Below, one piece after another: positions 1-16,372 of a DNA stretch of 64,000 nucleotides. Location of the stretch: NCBI GenBank assembly GCA_964016885.1, contig OZ024740.1, positions 38,812,001 to 38,876,000 on the forward strand, given 5' to 3'. The position numbers and the translations under genes are program-made. The stretch is from Eledone cirrhosa. Its lineage: Eukaryota. Within the stretch, counting starts at the first letter, position 1, and every line of letters begins with the position of its first letter. Below the pieces are notes generated by a model. The model did not search any database. It was not told where the DNA came from and saw only the letters and a list, made by a program, of their open reading frames with translations.

Positions 1-74
1 TATATAAATATAAATATATATATAAATAATTATATATATAAATATAATATATATAAATATATATATATATAAAT

Positions 75-143
<69 letters not shown>

Positions 144-144
144 A

Positions 145-187
<43 letters not shown>

Positions 188-250
188 TATATAAATATAT
201 ATATATATATATAAATATATATAAATATATATATATATAAATATATATAA

Positions 251-327
<77 letters not shown>

Positions 328-350
328 AATATATATATAAATATATACAT
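1..350. repeat. (TA)n microsatellite with interspersed TAAA
   Basis: Directly visible; runs off the window start. Confidence 0.97.
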
Positions 351-480
351 GGAAAGTTATATTTAAAATTCTTGGGTTACAACTAGTAAATATTTATAAC
401 TGATATAAAAGCACTCGACAAATATTTGGAGTATATTTACAATATTAAATAAATGGAAACCATATTTATAAAACCATATT

Positions 481-546
481 TATTTCATTATATATATTTC
501 AGGGATATCATATTAACAATATGCTATGCCTTCCTCAGACAAAATA
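481..546 (-). ncRNA. Inverted copy of the family A hammerhead ribozyme
   Basis: Reverse complement of 3797-3862. Confidence 0.8.
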
Positions 547-990
547 CAATATAAACAGTTTTATAGATAAATAGCTTCGACATACCGTAACAACATCGAC
601 TTGCATTTGAAGAGGTTGATTTGGCAGTGAAAAAATTGTACACAGAGAGAAAGAAAGAGAGAAAAAAGAAAGAAAGACAGAAAACGAAGAAAAGGAAGAA
701 AAAGAAGAAATGCATGGAACAAAATAGAGAGATGGAAAGATAGATAAAGAGAAGAACTTCATGTAAAGAAACAGAAAGAGATATATATATATAGAGAGAG
801 AGGAAATAGAGATAGATACATATATATATAGAAAATTAGGTAGTGGGAGGTCTGTTGAGTAAATGTATCAATGATACATTTATTTATTTATTTATTTATT
901 TAGCTCTAGTATTAATGTAAGGGAGATATATATAGAGAGAGAAAAATATAGAGAGAGAAAAAATATAGCGAGAGAAAAAAAAATAATAAG

Positions 991-2446
991 TTTATTCAAC
1001 TTGATATCGCTAACTATTATTCTTCTATTACCCCTAATCTACTAAATAAGGCACTAAATTACGCATTCAAACATACTGACCTAACTAGCAATGAAATGCA
1101 TATTATATTATCGGCTAGGAAAACTTTGATAGAATTTAATGACAAACTATGGACCAGAGCAGATAGAGATAGCAATTTTGACATAACTATGGGATCATCC
1201 GACTCAGCTCAGGTAACTGACCTTGTGGGCTTATTTTTAATCAATTCGCTACATAGGAAAATACCTGGTACTACCGGAGGTTTATATAGAGATGACATGC
1301 TTTTACTTATTGATAATAATAACCCTGAACTAAATAGAAAATGTAAACAAATTACACAATTTTTTAATTACTTTAATCTTAAAATAGAAATTGAGAACAA
1401 CCATAGAATAGTCAATTTCCTAGATATAACATTAAATCTCAACACATGTCTTCACTATCCTTTTCACAAGTTGAATGAAAACTTAAACTATGTCAACTTT
1501 AACTCTAACCACCCCAGATCTGTCAAAAACACTATAGTAAACTCTGTTCAAAAACGTATCTCTAGGATCTCGTCGAATAGAAAGATTTTCGACGAAAAAG
1601 CCCAATACTATAATGAAGCATTAGCTAGAGCAGGATATGCTGATAAGATTGTGTACATAGATAATGATAGACAAACTAAACAAAGTAACAACTTTTTTAA
1701 TTACGGCAACAACCTTAACAACTATAATAGAAAGCATTACAATAATTCCAAAGGCCAAAAAAGAAATAGAACTAGGAACATAATTTGGTCCCCCCCCCCC
1801 TTTCTCACTAAACATTAAAACCCACATCGCTAAACTATTTTTCAAAGCTCTTGATAATCGCTTCCCTAGAACACATAGGTATCACTCAATTTTCAATAGA
1901 CATACAATAAAATTAACCTACTCATCCACCAAAAAATTAGCACAAAATATTAATAGAATAAATAATAGGAACTTAAAACCTAGTGATAATAGCATAAATA
2001 ATATACAAGTTAACAAATGTAACTGTAGAGATAGATCTAAATGTCCGTTAAATAACAACTGCTTAGTTAAGAATATAGTATACAATTGTAATGTTAATAC
2101 TGACTCTAATTCTTTTAACTACGTCGGTTCCACATCGACGGAATTTAAACTTCGCTATAATAACCACAAGAATTCTTTCACAGATCCAAGCAAAAAATCT
2201 TCAACGGCACTATCAGGCGTACTCTGGCAACTTAAGCTAGATAACGTTAGATATTCGACGGCTTGGAATATAGTCTCAAGAGGGATTCCTTTTAATTCAT
2301 CCTCTGAGACATGTGACCTCTGCGCAGAGGAGATATTCTTTATACTAAAATCTAAAAATTCCCTTAATCTACGGACAAATTTATTCAGTTGTTGCAAACA
2401 TAGATTAAACTCAACGTTTAAATATAAATTTAAATTTAAAATGTAG
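991..2446 (+). pseudogene. PLE reverse transcriptase-GIY-YIG endonuclease, 5'-truncated, one frameshift at the poly-C run ~1789-1800
   Basis: The frame of ORF 1096-1818 is open from 991 (FIQLDIANYYSSI, RT motif A), then FDITMGSSDSAQVTDLVG, GLYRDD and VNFLDITL. After the C run another frame reads PFSLNIKT...CNCRDRSKCPLNNNCL..NIVYNC..YVGSTSTEFKLRYNNH..CDLCAEE..CKH, with TAG at 2444-2446. The frameshift could be a homopolymer sequencing error. Confidence 0.9.
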
Positions 2447-3796
2447 TATATTTAGTTTGATTTATATTTATATGGGAAACTAGCCGATAAATCTTTGATT
2501 CCTTCTTTTTATTTTTTATTTTTATTTTATTTTATTTTTATTTAAACATTCCTCATGAAAAATTAAGCTACCCTAAAAGCTGATGCTCCAAATATTTCGA
2601 ATAAACGTTACACTAGATAAACTTCTATATTAAATATAAGAACACATGTAGACCAAACTGGGCATCCTAAACTTTTTGAAATGATCTTTGCTAGATGTGA
2701 TTTGATAGATAATTTTTTTGGCTTTATCTGTTTTTCGACTCTGATGCTTATAATGAACTTGGCAATATATTGTCAATTAATTTTGAAGGGTTGATCTTTG
2801 TGGTTTATTTTTATTTTTTATTATTGTAGTATTTTCTAATATTTTTATTTTTAATATTTAATATTTTTAATATGTAAATTTTTTAATATGTAATATTTTT
2901 AATATGTAATATTCTTTCGTAATATTTTTTTAGTTTTCTATTTTATTATTACTTATTATTATTATTGTTATTTTTTAGTTTTGTTTCTGATATATATTTT
3001 TATTAGTATATTGAAATCTGCTCTCTATTTCTGCTTGATAGATAATCTTGTAGAGTAAAGACAGGAATAATAATACACATATATGTATACTCAAATTTTT
3101 ATACCACATTGAGAATGTTTTCCGTGAACCTAGGGTTTGCAGAGTTGATCATGTAGATTCACATGGATGTTTGTAGCTATCACATAAACATATGAATTTT
3201 TTTTAAAAACTAAACATAAGATCATTAATTTTCACACACTATGGATACTTGTCTCATTCAGGAATACTGATATTTACAATATAGTGGATGTTTTATAAAT
3301 ACTAATACCTCTACATTAAAACATAGGGTTTTTACGCCTCGCATATATCTGGTTATTTTTTAAATTTTTTCTCTCGCTATATTTTTCTCTCTATATATTT
3401 TTCTCTCTCTATATATATCTCCCTTACATTAATACTAGAGCTAAATAAATAAATAAATAAATAAATGTATCATTGATACATTTACTCAACAGACCTCCCG
3501 CTACCTAATTTTCTATATATATATGTATCTATCTCTATTTCCTCTCTCTATATATATATATATCTCTTTCTGTTTCTTTACATGAAGTTCTTCTCTTTAT
3601 CTATCTTTCCATCTCTCTATTTTGTTCCATGCATTTCTTCTTTTCTTCCTTTTCTTCGTTTTCTGTCTTTCTTTCTTTTTTCTCTCTTTCTTTCTCTCTG
3701 TGTACAATTTTTTCACTGCTAAATCAACCTCTTCAAATGCAAGTCGATGTTGTTACGGTATGTCGAATCTATTTATCTATAAAACTGTTTATATTG

Positions 3797-3862
3797 TATT
3801 TTGTCTGAGGAAGGCATAGCATATTGTTAATATGATATCCCTGAAATATATATAATGAAATA
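3797..3862 (+). ncRNA. Type I hammerhead ribozyme in the family A terminal repeat
   Basis: Stem I TATTTTGT/ATGAAATA (2 G-U pairs); core CTGAGGA 3805-3811; 14-bp stem II AGGCATAGCATATT-gtt-AATATGATATCCCT (2 mismatches); GAAA 3843-3846; minimal stem III with palindromic ATAT loop; AUA cleavage triplet. Confidence 0.82.
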
Positions 3863-3901
3863 AATATGGTTTTATAAATGTAGTTTCCATTTATTTAATA
3901 T

Positions 3902-7112
<3,211 letters not shown>

Positions 7113-7665
7113 ATAAAATATTAAACAAATAATGAATAAACAATAAGACAGTTCCTTATATTAAACAAAAAAAGTTCATTATTTAACGATCGTTTCTAGG
7201 ATATATATGTGTTAGAATTGGCATGCATATTCAACAGATCTATGTACAAAATTATACAAAATTATACAAACTATCAAGATTAAATATACATACCAACACA
7301 TATATACGCCGTCTTCAGAAATATTTCTGAAGACGGCGTATATATGTGTTGGTATGTATATTTAATCTTGATAGTTTGTATAATTTTGTATAATTTTGTA
7401 CATAGATCTGTTGAATATGCATGCCAATTCTAACACATATATATCCTAGAAACGATCGTTAAATAATGAACTTTTTTTGTTTAATATAAGGAACTGTCTT
7501 ATTGTTTATTCATTATTTGTTTAATATTTTATCTTGACTCTGTATACCGTTTATCTTTCACCGAAAGTGATTTTTCATTACATCTCTTCTTTCCATGATA
7601 TCCGGAATACATTGAGTTCTTCATACGGATTGGACACTACCGTAAACTCTTGTAGATTTATCTAC
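7113..7665. mobile_element. Solo fold-back PLE family B terminal-repeat unit: spacerless 420-bp palindrome (7113-7532) plus a ~130-bp extension
   Basis: Arms are reverse complements about 7322/7323 (CTTCAGAAAT|ATTTCTGAAG). The sequence is homologous to 14535-14745 and 8711-9060. It is flanked by (TA)n. Confidence 0.88.
7322..7470 (+). ncRNA. Family B hammerhead ribozyme copy with the stem I 5' arm shortened to ~5 bp (mirror copy on - strand at 7175-7323)
   Basis: CTGAAGA 7327-7333; GAAA 7449-7452; C-GATC-G-TT; AAATAATGAA. Confidence 0.65.
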
Positions 7666-8710
<1,045 letters not shown>

Positions 8711-8908
8711 TGTAGATAAATCTACCAAGAGTTTACGGTAGTGTCCAATCCGTATGAAGAACTCAATGTATTCCGGATATCATGGAAAGAAGAGATGTAA
8801 TGAAAAATCACTTTCGGTGAAAGATAAACGGAATACAGAGTCAAGATAAAATATTAAACAAATAATGAATAAAACAATGAAACAGTTCCTTATATTAAAC
8901 AAAAAAAG

Positions 8909-9063
8909 TTCATTATTTAACGATCGTTTCTAGGATATATATGTGTTAGAATTGGCATGCATATTCAACAGATCTATGTACAAAATTATACAAAATTATA
9001 CAAACTATCAAGATTAAATATACATACCAAACACACATATATGCCGTCTTCAGAAATAGTGAA
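8909..9063 (-). ncRNA. Inverted copy of the family B hammerhead ribozyme
   Basis: Reverse complement of 14530-14684 with one substitution in stem I. Confidence 0.72.
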
Positions 9064-9100
9064 ATATATTTATTGATAATAACAACAATTCAAAATTTCA

Positions 9101-10975
9101 AATCCTTCTATAAGACTTATATGTCCCTCCAAATCAGATATTGGAATAATTAGCAAAAAAATTTTGGATAGAGTCATCCCACAAATAAGAAAACACGTTA
9201 TTTTACCACTCTGGGAAAACACCTCCCAGGTAATTAACTGGTTTAAAAATATTAGATGTAAATCTTCTGCTTCATTTCTACAATTTGATATAGATAATTA
9301 CTATTCTTCTATATCACCTATACTCCTGAACAAAGCATTGATATTTGCTAAAAATAGATCTAACTTAACTTTGGATGACATTAATATTATTACACATGCT
9401 AGACTAACACTTATTGAATTTCAGAATGAATACTGGACCAGAAACACATATAGTAATCTATTTGATATTACTATGGGTTCAAGCGATTCCGCCCAAATTA
9501 CTGATCTTGTGGGCCTCTTTCTCCTTTTCAACATAAATGCCTCCTTTCCCCACCTTAAAGGTGGTTTATATCGTGATGACTGTCTTCTTCTTTCTAACAA
9601 CCTTAGCCTTTCAGAAATAGAAAAAAACAAAAAACATATTAGAACTTTCCTTAAAGACTATTATAATCTTCATATTACTTTTGAAAAAACAAGTAAAGTA
9701 GTAAATTTCCTAGATATAACTTTAGATTTAGCTACGGGTATCTACCAACCTTACCATAAACCAAACCAAAACTTACATTACATACACTCACAATCTAATC
9801 ACCCTAAATCTATCCTTAAAAACCTTGCATATAATATATCACTTAGAATTTCTAACCTTTCTTCTAACCAAGATGTATTTGATAAAAATGCGACCTTCTA
9901 TAACGAAGCTCTAGATAGAAGTGGCCACAAAAATAGATTAGAATATATACCTTCTACTAAAAATACTAAAAGCATACAACCTAATATTACCAACAAACAC
10001 CAAATGAAAAGTACACACCTAAATGCCACCCACACTATACCCCAAAATACCAAATCTTCTAATATAAAATATAGTAACTCTCAAAAAACTACTCATCATA
10101 CAACTCTAATAAATATTAATAATAAAACTCCTAATAAAAAAGATAAAACACCTAAATCTACAAATATAACTAAAAATGGTTGTGGCGAGATCATTAACAT
10201 TAATCCTCCTAGTAAACATCACGATACAACCTATAAAAATAATAAAAATAATAAACAACATAGAAACCGTAATAGACGGGTTACTTGGTATAATGCTCCA
10301 TTTAATTTACAAATTAAGGATAATATTGCTAAAAAATTTTTTTATATCCTAGAGAAAAACTTCCCGCCAAACCACAAATACCATCAAATCTTAAATAGGT
10401 CTACAGTTAAATTCTCATACTCAACAACAAATAACATAAAACAAAATATAAGTGCCTATAATGCATATAAATGTAAGAAAACCATAAGTATACCACCAAT
10501 ACATCAAATTAACCATAATATCTCCTCAAATACAGAATTAACGAAAGGTTGTAACTGTAGAAACAAAGCAAACTGCCCATTAAAAGGGAATTGTCTTGTT
10601 AACAACATAGTCTATAAATGTAATGTTAAAACTAAAGATTCTATTTGCTCATATATAGGAGCTACTTCTAACAATTTTAAGACAAGGTTTAATACCCACA
10701 AGCATAGTTTTAAAAATGCCGCACTGGCTAATACAACATCTCTAGCAGAAAAAATCAATAGTTATAAAAATAAGAATATAGAATATGATTTGACCTGGAG
10801 TGTGCTCAAAAGAGCCACCCCTTATCAAAATAATAGAAATGAATGTAGATTATGTTCCCAAGAACTATTTGAAATAATGAAATCTAAGGATATCCTATTA
10901 AATAAACGACAGGAATTAATTATATCGTGTAATCATAAACTAAAAAAAACATTTAAATATTATAAACCTAATTAA
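9101..10975 (+). CDS. PLE reverse transcriptase + GIY-YIG endonuclease (N-terminus missing, otherwise uninterrupted)
   Basis: In frame from 9101 (NPSIRLICPSKSDIGIISKKILD), then FLQFDIDNYYSSI, FDITMGSSDSAQITDLVG, GLYRDD, VNFLDITL, CNCRNKANCPLKGNCL, NIVYKC..YIGATSNNFKTRFNTH, CRLCSQE..CNH. No authentic start codon. Confidence 0.9.
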   Translation, partial: NPSIRLICPSKSDIGIISKKILDRVIPQIRKHVILPLWENTSQVINWFKNIRCKSSASFLQFDIDNYYSSISPILLNKALIFAKNRSNLTLDDINIITHARLTLIEFQNEYWTRNTYSNLFDITMGSSDSAQITDLVGLFLLFNINASFPHLKGGLYRDDCLLLSNNLSLSEIEKNKKHIRTFLKDYYNLHITFEKTSKVVNFLDITLDLATGIYQPYHKPNQNLHYIHSQSNHPKSILKNLAYNISLRISNLSSNQDVFDKNATFYNEALDRSGHKNRLEYIPSTKNTKSIQPNITNKHQMKSTHLNATHTIPQNTKSSNIKYSNSQKTTHHTTLININNKTPNKKDKTPKSTNITKNGCGEIININPPSKHHDTTYKNNKNNKQHRNRNRRVTWYNAPFNLQIKDNIAKKFFYILEKNFPPNHKYHQILNRSTVKFSYSTTNNIKQNISAYNAYKCKKTISIPPIHQINHNISSNTELTKGCNCRNKANCPLKGNCLVNNIVYKCNVKTKDSICSYIGATSNNFKTRFNTHKHSFKNAALANTTSLAEKINSYKNKNIEYDLTWSVLKRATPYQNNRNECRLCSQELFEIMKSKDILLNKRQELIISCNHKLKKTFKYYKPN

Positions 10976-11477
10976 TAACATTATTTTAGAAATTAATATA
11001 TAATTTAATTTAAATGTTAGTTAACCTATAAATTTAATTTAATTAAAATTCTACTACAGATGAGAATATAAAATATTGTGTAATCATAAATTGTGAAAAA
11101 CCTTTAAATATTACTAATATATACTTAGTAATTTAATTTATAGATTAATTTTAATTTATTTAACCCTTTATTAAAATTCCTTTACAGATAAAATATAACA
11201 AAATATCGTGTATCCAATGACAGAGAAATAATTTTTAGTATTATAGACCTAATTAATATACATTTTAGAAATATATTTATAATTTGGTTTTAAATTTAGT
11301 CAACCTAAAAATTTAATTTAATTGGCTTAAAATTAGTATCCTAATACAGACGGATTGCAGAGTGTCATGTAATCATAGAATGGGATGTGTTTTGGATGTA
11401 TACCTAGTTAATATATTCTTTGCAATTTTTGAAAAAATATGTATATGTATGTAGGTATATGTATGTGTATGTATGTA

Positions 11478-11508
<31 letters not shown>

Positions 11509-11900
11509 GTGTGTATGTATATGTATATGTATATGTATTAATTTTGATTTCTATTTGCATATAATTATATTCTGCTATTGATAAAATACAATATCTGTTT
11601 TATTTATTATATACCTAATTAACATATACTATAGAAATTAATATATAATTTTTAATTTAGTTAACCTATAATTTATATTCTACTACCGATGTAATACTTT
11701 ATTTGTTTTTTCCCTATTACTAAATTCATTTCCTAATATTGATACCATAACGTTAATAACTTTAATTTAGTTATACTATAATTAATACTCTACTACTATT
11801 TAACTTCAAAATTCTGCTTCAAATATTATAAACCTAACTAATTTACACCTTAGAAATCAATATGTTAACTATCTTTAGTTTAGTTAACATATAATTAATG
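10921..11900 (+). repeat. Degenerate ~130-160-bp tandem reiterations of the ORF end plus the start of the 3' UTR
   Basis: The blocks ATATCGTGTAATCATAAA, TATTATAAACCTAATTAAT, TTAGAAATTAATATATAAT and TTAGTTAACCTATAA recur near 10921, 11072, 11202, 11362, ~11600 and ~11820. Confidence 0.65.
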
Positions 11901-13344
11901 GTATACTTATTTTGAAATGCATAATTTTGCCTTATTTCTTGCATTTCCTAACACTGAAACTATGTAAAAACATATATTGAGATCCAAATACAGATTAATA
12001 TTCTATGTTTCTTGAAACATATTTACTATAATCCCCTTCTATTTATTATAATCCCCTTCTCCACCCCCCCTTTCCCCCATACTATTATCATCTGTGTTTG
12101 TAAGCGTGTATGTATGAATATATATGTAGGTAGGTGTATATATGTTTGGGTGTTTATATCTGAGTATAAAAATACATATATGCGCATGCAAATAAGAATG
12201 TATGATTGTGTGTATATATATATGTATATATATATATGTGTATATATGCATGTGTATATATATGTGTATATATATATATATATATGTGTATATGTGTATA
12301 TGTGTGTGGGCGTGTATGTGTGTGTATATATATATATATGTGTGTATGTATGTGTGTGTATGTATATGTATGTCTCTCTATATATATGTCTATCTTCGTA
12401 TCTATGTGGGTATATATGTGTATGTACATGTATGCACATGTATATGTTTATGTGTATATGTGTGTATGTGTATATATGTACGTGTGCGCACATATATATG
12501 TGAGTGTGTGTGTGTGTGTGTATATATATATATGTATATCTATGTGTGTATATATATATTCGTATGTGTATATATATTATTTATTATTATAATATAACTT
12601 ATGTGTATATGTATATATGTGAAGGTGTGTATATGTATATATATGTATATATATGTGTAAAAATATATATGTGTATGTGTGTTTTTGTGTGTGTGTATAT
12701 ATATGTATATATGTGTGTATGTATGTGTTTGTATGTGTGTTTATGGTTGTATGTGTGTGTGGGTATATATATAAATGTATGTGTATATATATATATATAT
12801 ATATGTGTATATGTATCTCTATTAATGTGTGTATATATGTATATGTATATACCTTTTTCTTTGTATGTCTGAGTTGTGTGAGAGTGTAGTGGTGTTTGTA
12901 TGTATATACGCATATATGGATGCGTATGTATTTGTATATATGCGTATATGTAAGTGCGTATGTGTGTATGAATATATATCTATGTCTATGTATGAGTATG
13001 TATGTGTGTGTATGTATGTGTGTGTGTATGTATGTATGTGTGTATGTGTGTATATATATATATATATATATGTGTGTATATGTATGTATGTATGTGTATG
13101 TATGTACATATATGTGTATGTATATGTGTATATATATATGTATATATATATATATATGTTTATTTTATATATATGTGTGTGTGTATGTGTGTGTATATAT
13201 ATCTTTATATATGTGTATGTGTATGTTTGTGTAGGTGTGTGTGTGTGTGTGACTATATATGTATGTGTGTATGTGTGTATGTATGTATGTGTATGTGTGT
13301 GTACATGTATGTATGTGTATGTATATATATGTGTATATATGTAT

Positions 13345-13388
<44 letters not shown>

Positions 13389-13752
13389 GTATATGTATCT
13401 CTATTTGTATGTGTATATGTGTATATGTATATACCTTTTTCTTTGTATGTCTGAATTGTGTGAGAGTGTAGTGGTGTTTGTATGTATATACCGATATATG
13501 GATGCGTAAGTATTTGTATATATGCGTATATATAAGTACGTATGTGTGGGTGAATATATATCTATGTCTATGTATGAGTATGTATGTGTGTGTATGTATG
13601 TGTGTATGTGTGTATGTATATATGTATGTCTGTATGTATATGTGTGTATATATATGTATGTATGTGTATGTCTGTATGTATATAAGTATGTATATGTGCG
13701 TGTATGTGTATATATATGTGTGTCTATATATGTGTGTGTGTATATATGTGTA

Positions 13753-13797
<45 letters not shown>

Positions 13798-13871
13798 ATA
13801 TGTGTGTGTATATATATATATGTATATGTTTATATATGTGGGTGTGTGTGTGTTGTATGTGTAGATGAGTG

Positions 13872-13925
<54 letters not shown>

Positions 13926-14300
13926 CTTGATATATTTCTTTTTTCTTTTTCTTTTCTTTTCTTTTTATTTCTAAGTTTATAGATACATCTATAAATAAGC
14001 AGTCTGCCCAAACAGTTGAATACTGACCTCTCCCCCCCCTCCCACCTAATTTCTGTATCTTGATCTAAATGTGTGTGGCAGTGTTTATGTGAGTGAATTA
14101 ATATCCATGTGCTTATGATAATATTATATCCACATATATATGTGTGTGAGGGTGTGGGTGTGTATGTATGTTCGTAATTATGTGTATGTTTATGCATATA
14201 CGCGCGCGTGTGTGTGAGTGTACGGATATGTGTGAGTATGAGAATATGTGTATACACTTATTTCATATTTATGTGTCTATACGCATTTTATCTGTGGATT
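11437..14300. repeat. Complex (TG)/(TA)/(TATG) low-complexity tract inside the family B element, with an internal ~580-bp-spaced duplication
   Basis: The block ATACCTTTTTCTTTGTATGTCTGA.TTGTGTGAGAGTGTAGTGGTG occurs at 12849 and 13431. Confidence 0.85.
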
Positions 14301-14529
14301 ATAAGCTTACAGAGACATTAGTCTTGAAATTTTATATTTGCATACATCTTTTTGGCATGCGTATGCATGTTGAGCATATATCTTTGTATAAATATATGTA
14401 CGGGGTTAGTTACATGTATATACACACACCAAACTGCATAAAACTTTTTGTATTTTCATTGGTCAATTTTGAACTCCGTTCCCAAACGGACCTGAAATTT
14501 TGAATTGTTGTTATTATCAATAAATATAT

Positions 14530-14684
14530 TTCATTATTTCTGAAGACGGCATATATGTGTGTTTGGTATGTATATTTAATCTTGATAGTTTGTATAATTT
14601 TGTATAATTTTGTACATAGATCTGTTGAATATGCATGCCAATTCTAACACATATATATCCTAGAAACGATCGTTAAATAATGAA
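14530..14684 (+). ncRNA. Type I hammerhead ribozyme with a very long stem II in the family B terminal repeat
   Basis: Perfect 10-bp stem I TTCATTATTT/AAATAATGAA; CTGAAGA 14540-14546; 116-nt hairpin 14547-14662; GAAA 14663-14666; stem III C-GATC-G with palindromic loop; GUU triplet. The closing pair of stem II is imperfect (C.A). Confidence 0.78.
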
Positions 14685-14746
14685 CTTTTTTTGTTTAATA
14701 TAAGGAACTGTTTCATTGTTTTATTCATTATTTGTTTAATATTTTA

Positions 14747-14799
14747 TATAAATATATATATAAATATGTATATATATAAATATATAAATATATATAAAT

Positions 14800-14860
<61 letters not shown>

Positions 14861-15405
14861 AATATATATAAATATATATATATATATTTATATAAATATA
14901 TATATATATATTTATATAAATATATATATATATATTTATATAAATATATATATATATATTTATATAAATATATATATATATATATAAATATATATATACA
15001 TATATAAATATATATATACATATATAAATATATATATACATATATAAATATATATATATATATATAAATATATATATACATATATAAATATATATATATA
15101 TATATAAATATATATATATATAAATATATATAAATATATATATACATATATAAATATATATATATATATATAAATATATATATATATAAATATATATAAA
15201 TATATATATACATATATAAATATATATAAATATATATATACATAAATATATATATACATATATAAATATATATAAATATATATATACATAAATATATATA
15301 TATATATATAAATATATATAAATATATATATACATAAATATATATATATATATATAAATATATATAAATATATATATACATAAATATATATATATATATA
15401 TAAAT

Positions 15406-15438
<33 letters not shown>

Positions 15439-15455
15439 AATATATATATATATAA

Positions 15456-15486
<31 letters not shown>

Positions 15487-15487
15487 A

Positions 15488-15518
<31 letters not shown>

Positions 15519-16372
15519 AATATATATATAAATATATATATAAATATATATATATAAATATATATATAAATATATATATAAATATATATATATAAATATA
15601 TATATAAATATATATATAAATATATATATAAATATATATATATAAATATATATATAAATATATATATAAATATATATATATAAATATATATATAAATATA
15701 TATATAAATATATATATATAAATATATATATAAATATATATATATAAATATATATATATAAATATATATATATAAATATATATATATAAATATATATAAA
15801 TAAATATATATATATAAATATATATATATAAATATATATATATAAATATATATATATAAATATATATATATAAATATATATATAAATATATATATAAATA
15901 TATATATATAAATATATATATAAATATATATATAAATATATATATATAAATATATATATAAATATATATATATAAATATATATATAAATCTATCTATAAA
16001 TATATATATAAATATATATATATAAATCTATCTATAAATATATATATAAATATATATATATAAATATATATATAAATCTATCTATAAATATATATATAAA
16101 TATATATATATAAATATATATATAAATCTATCTATAAATATATATATAAATATATATATATAAATATATATATAAATCTATCTATAAATATATATATAAA
16201 TACATAAATATATATATAAATACATAAATATATATATAAATACATAAATATATATATAAATATATATATAAAGATATATATATATATATAAATATATATA
16301 TAAATATATATGTTTATATATATAAATATATATATAAATATATATATTTATATATATAAATATATATATATA
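14747..16372. repeat. ~1.6-kb (TA)n/TAAA array with TACA and TCTA variants
   Basis: Directly visible. Confidence 0.96.

Larger units (their letters stand above)
351..3902 (+). mobile_element. Penelope-like retroelement, family A (C-terminal EN, probably Hydra-clade type), 5'-truncated with an inverted terminal repeat, inserted in (TA)n
   Basis: RT+GIY-YIG coding region at 991-2446. Segment 441-~978 is the reverse complement of ~3365-3902. (TA)n lies on both sides. Confidence 0.88.
8711..14746 (+). mobile_element. Penelope-like retroelement, family B, 5'-truncated with an inverted terminal repeat and a ~3.5-kb microsatellite-rich 3' region
   Basis: ~8845-9100 is the reverse complement of ~14493-14746. 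The RT-EN ORF starts at the inversion junction. Flanks are (TA)n. Confidence 0.88.

Noticed and set aside
524-715. Duplicated 63/65-aa ORF (also 3622-3819)
   Set aside because: Arises from the pyrimidine-rich inverted terminal repeat; no coding signature.
2578-2605. CTGATGC...CGAA hammerhead-like string
   Set aside because: The core deviates, and no stem I or stem III pairing was found.
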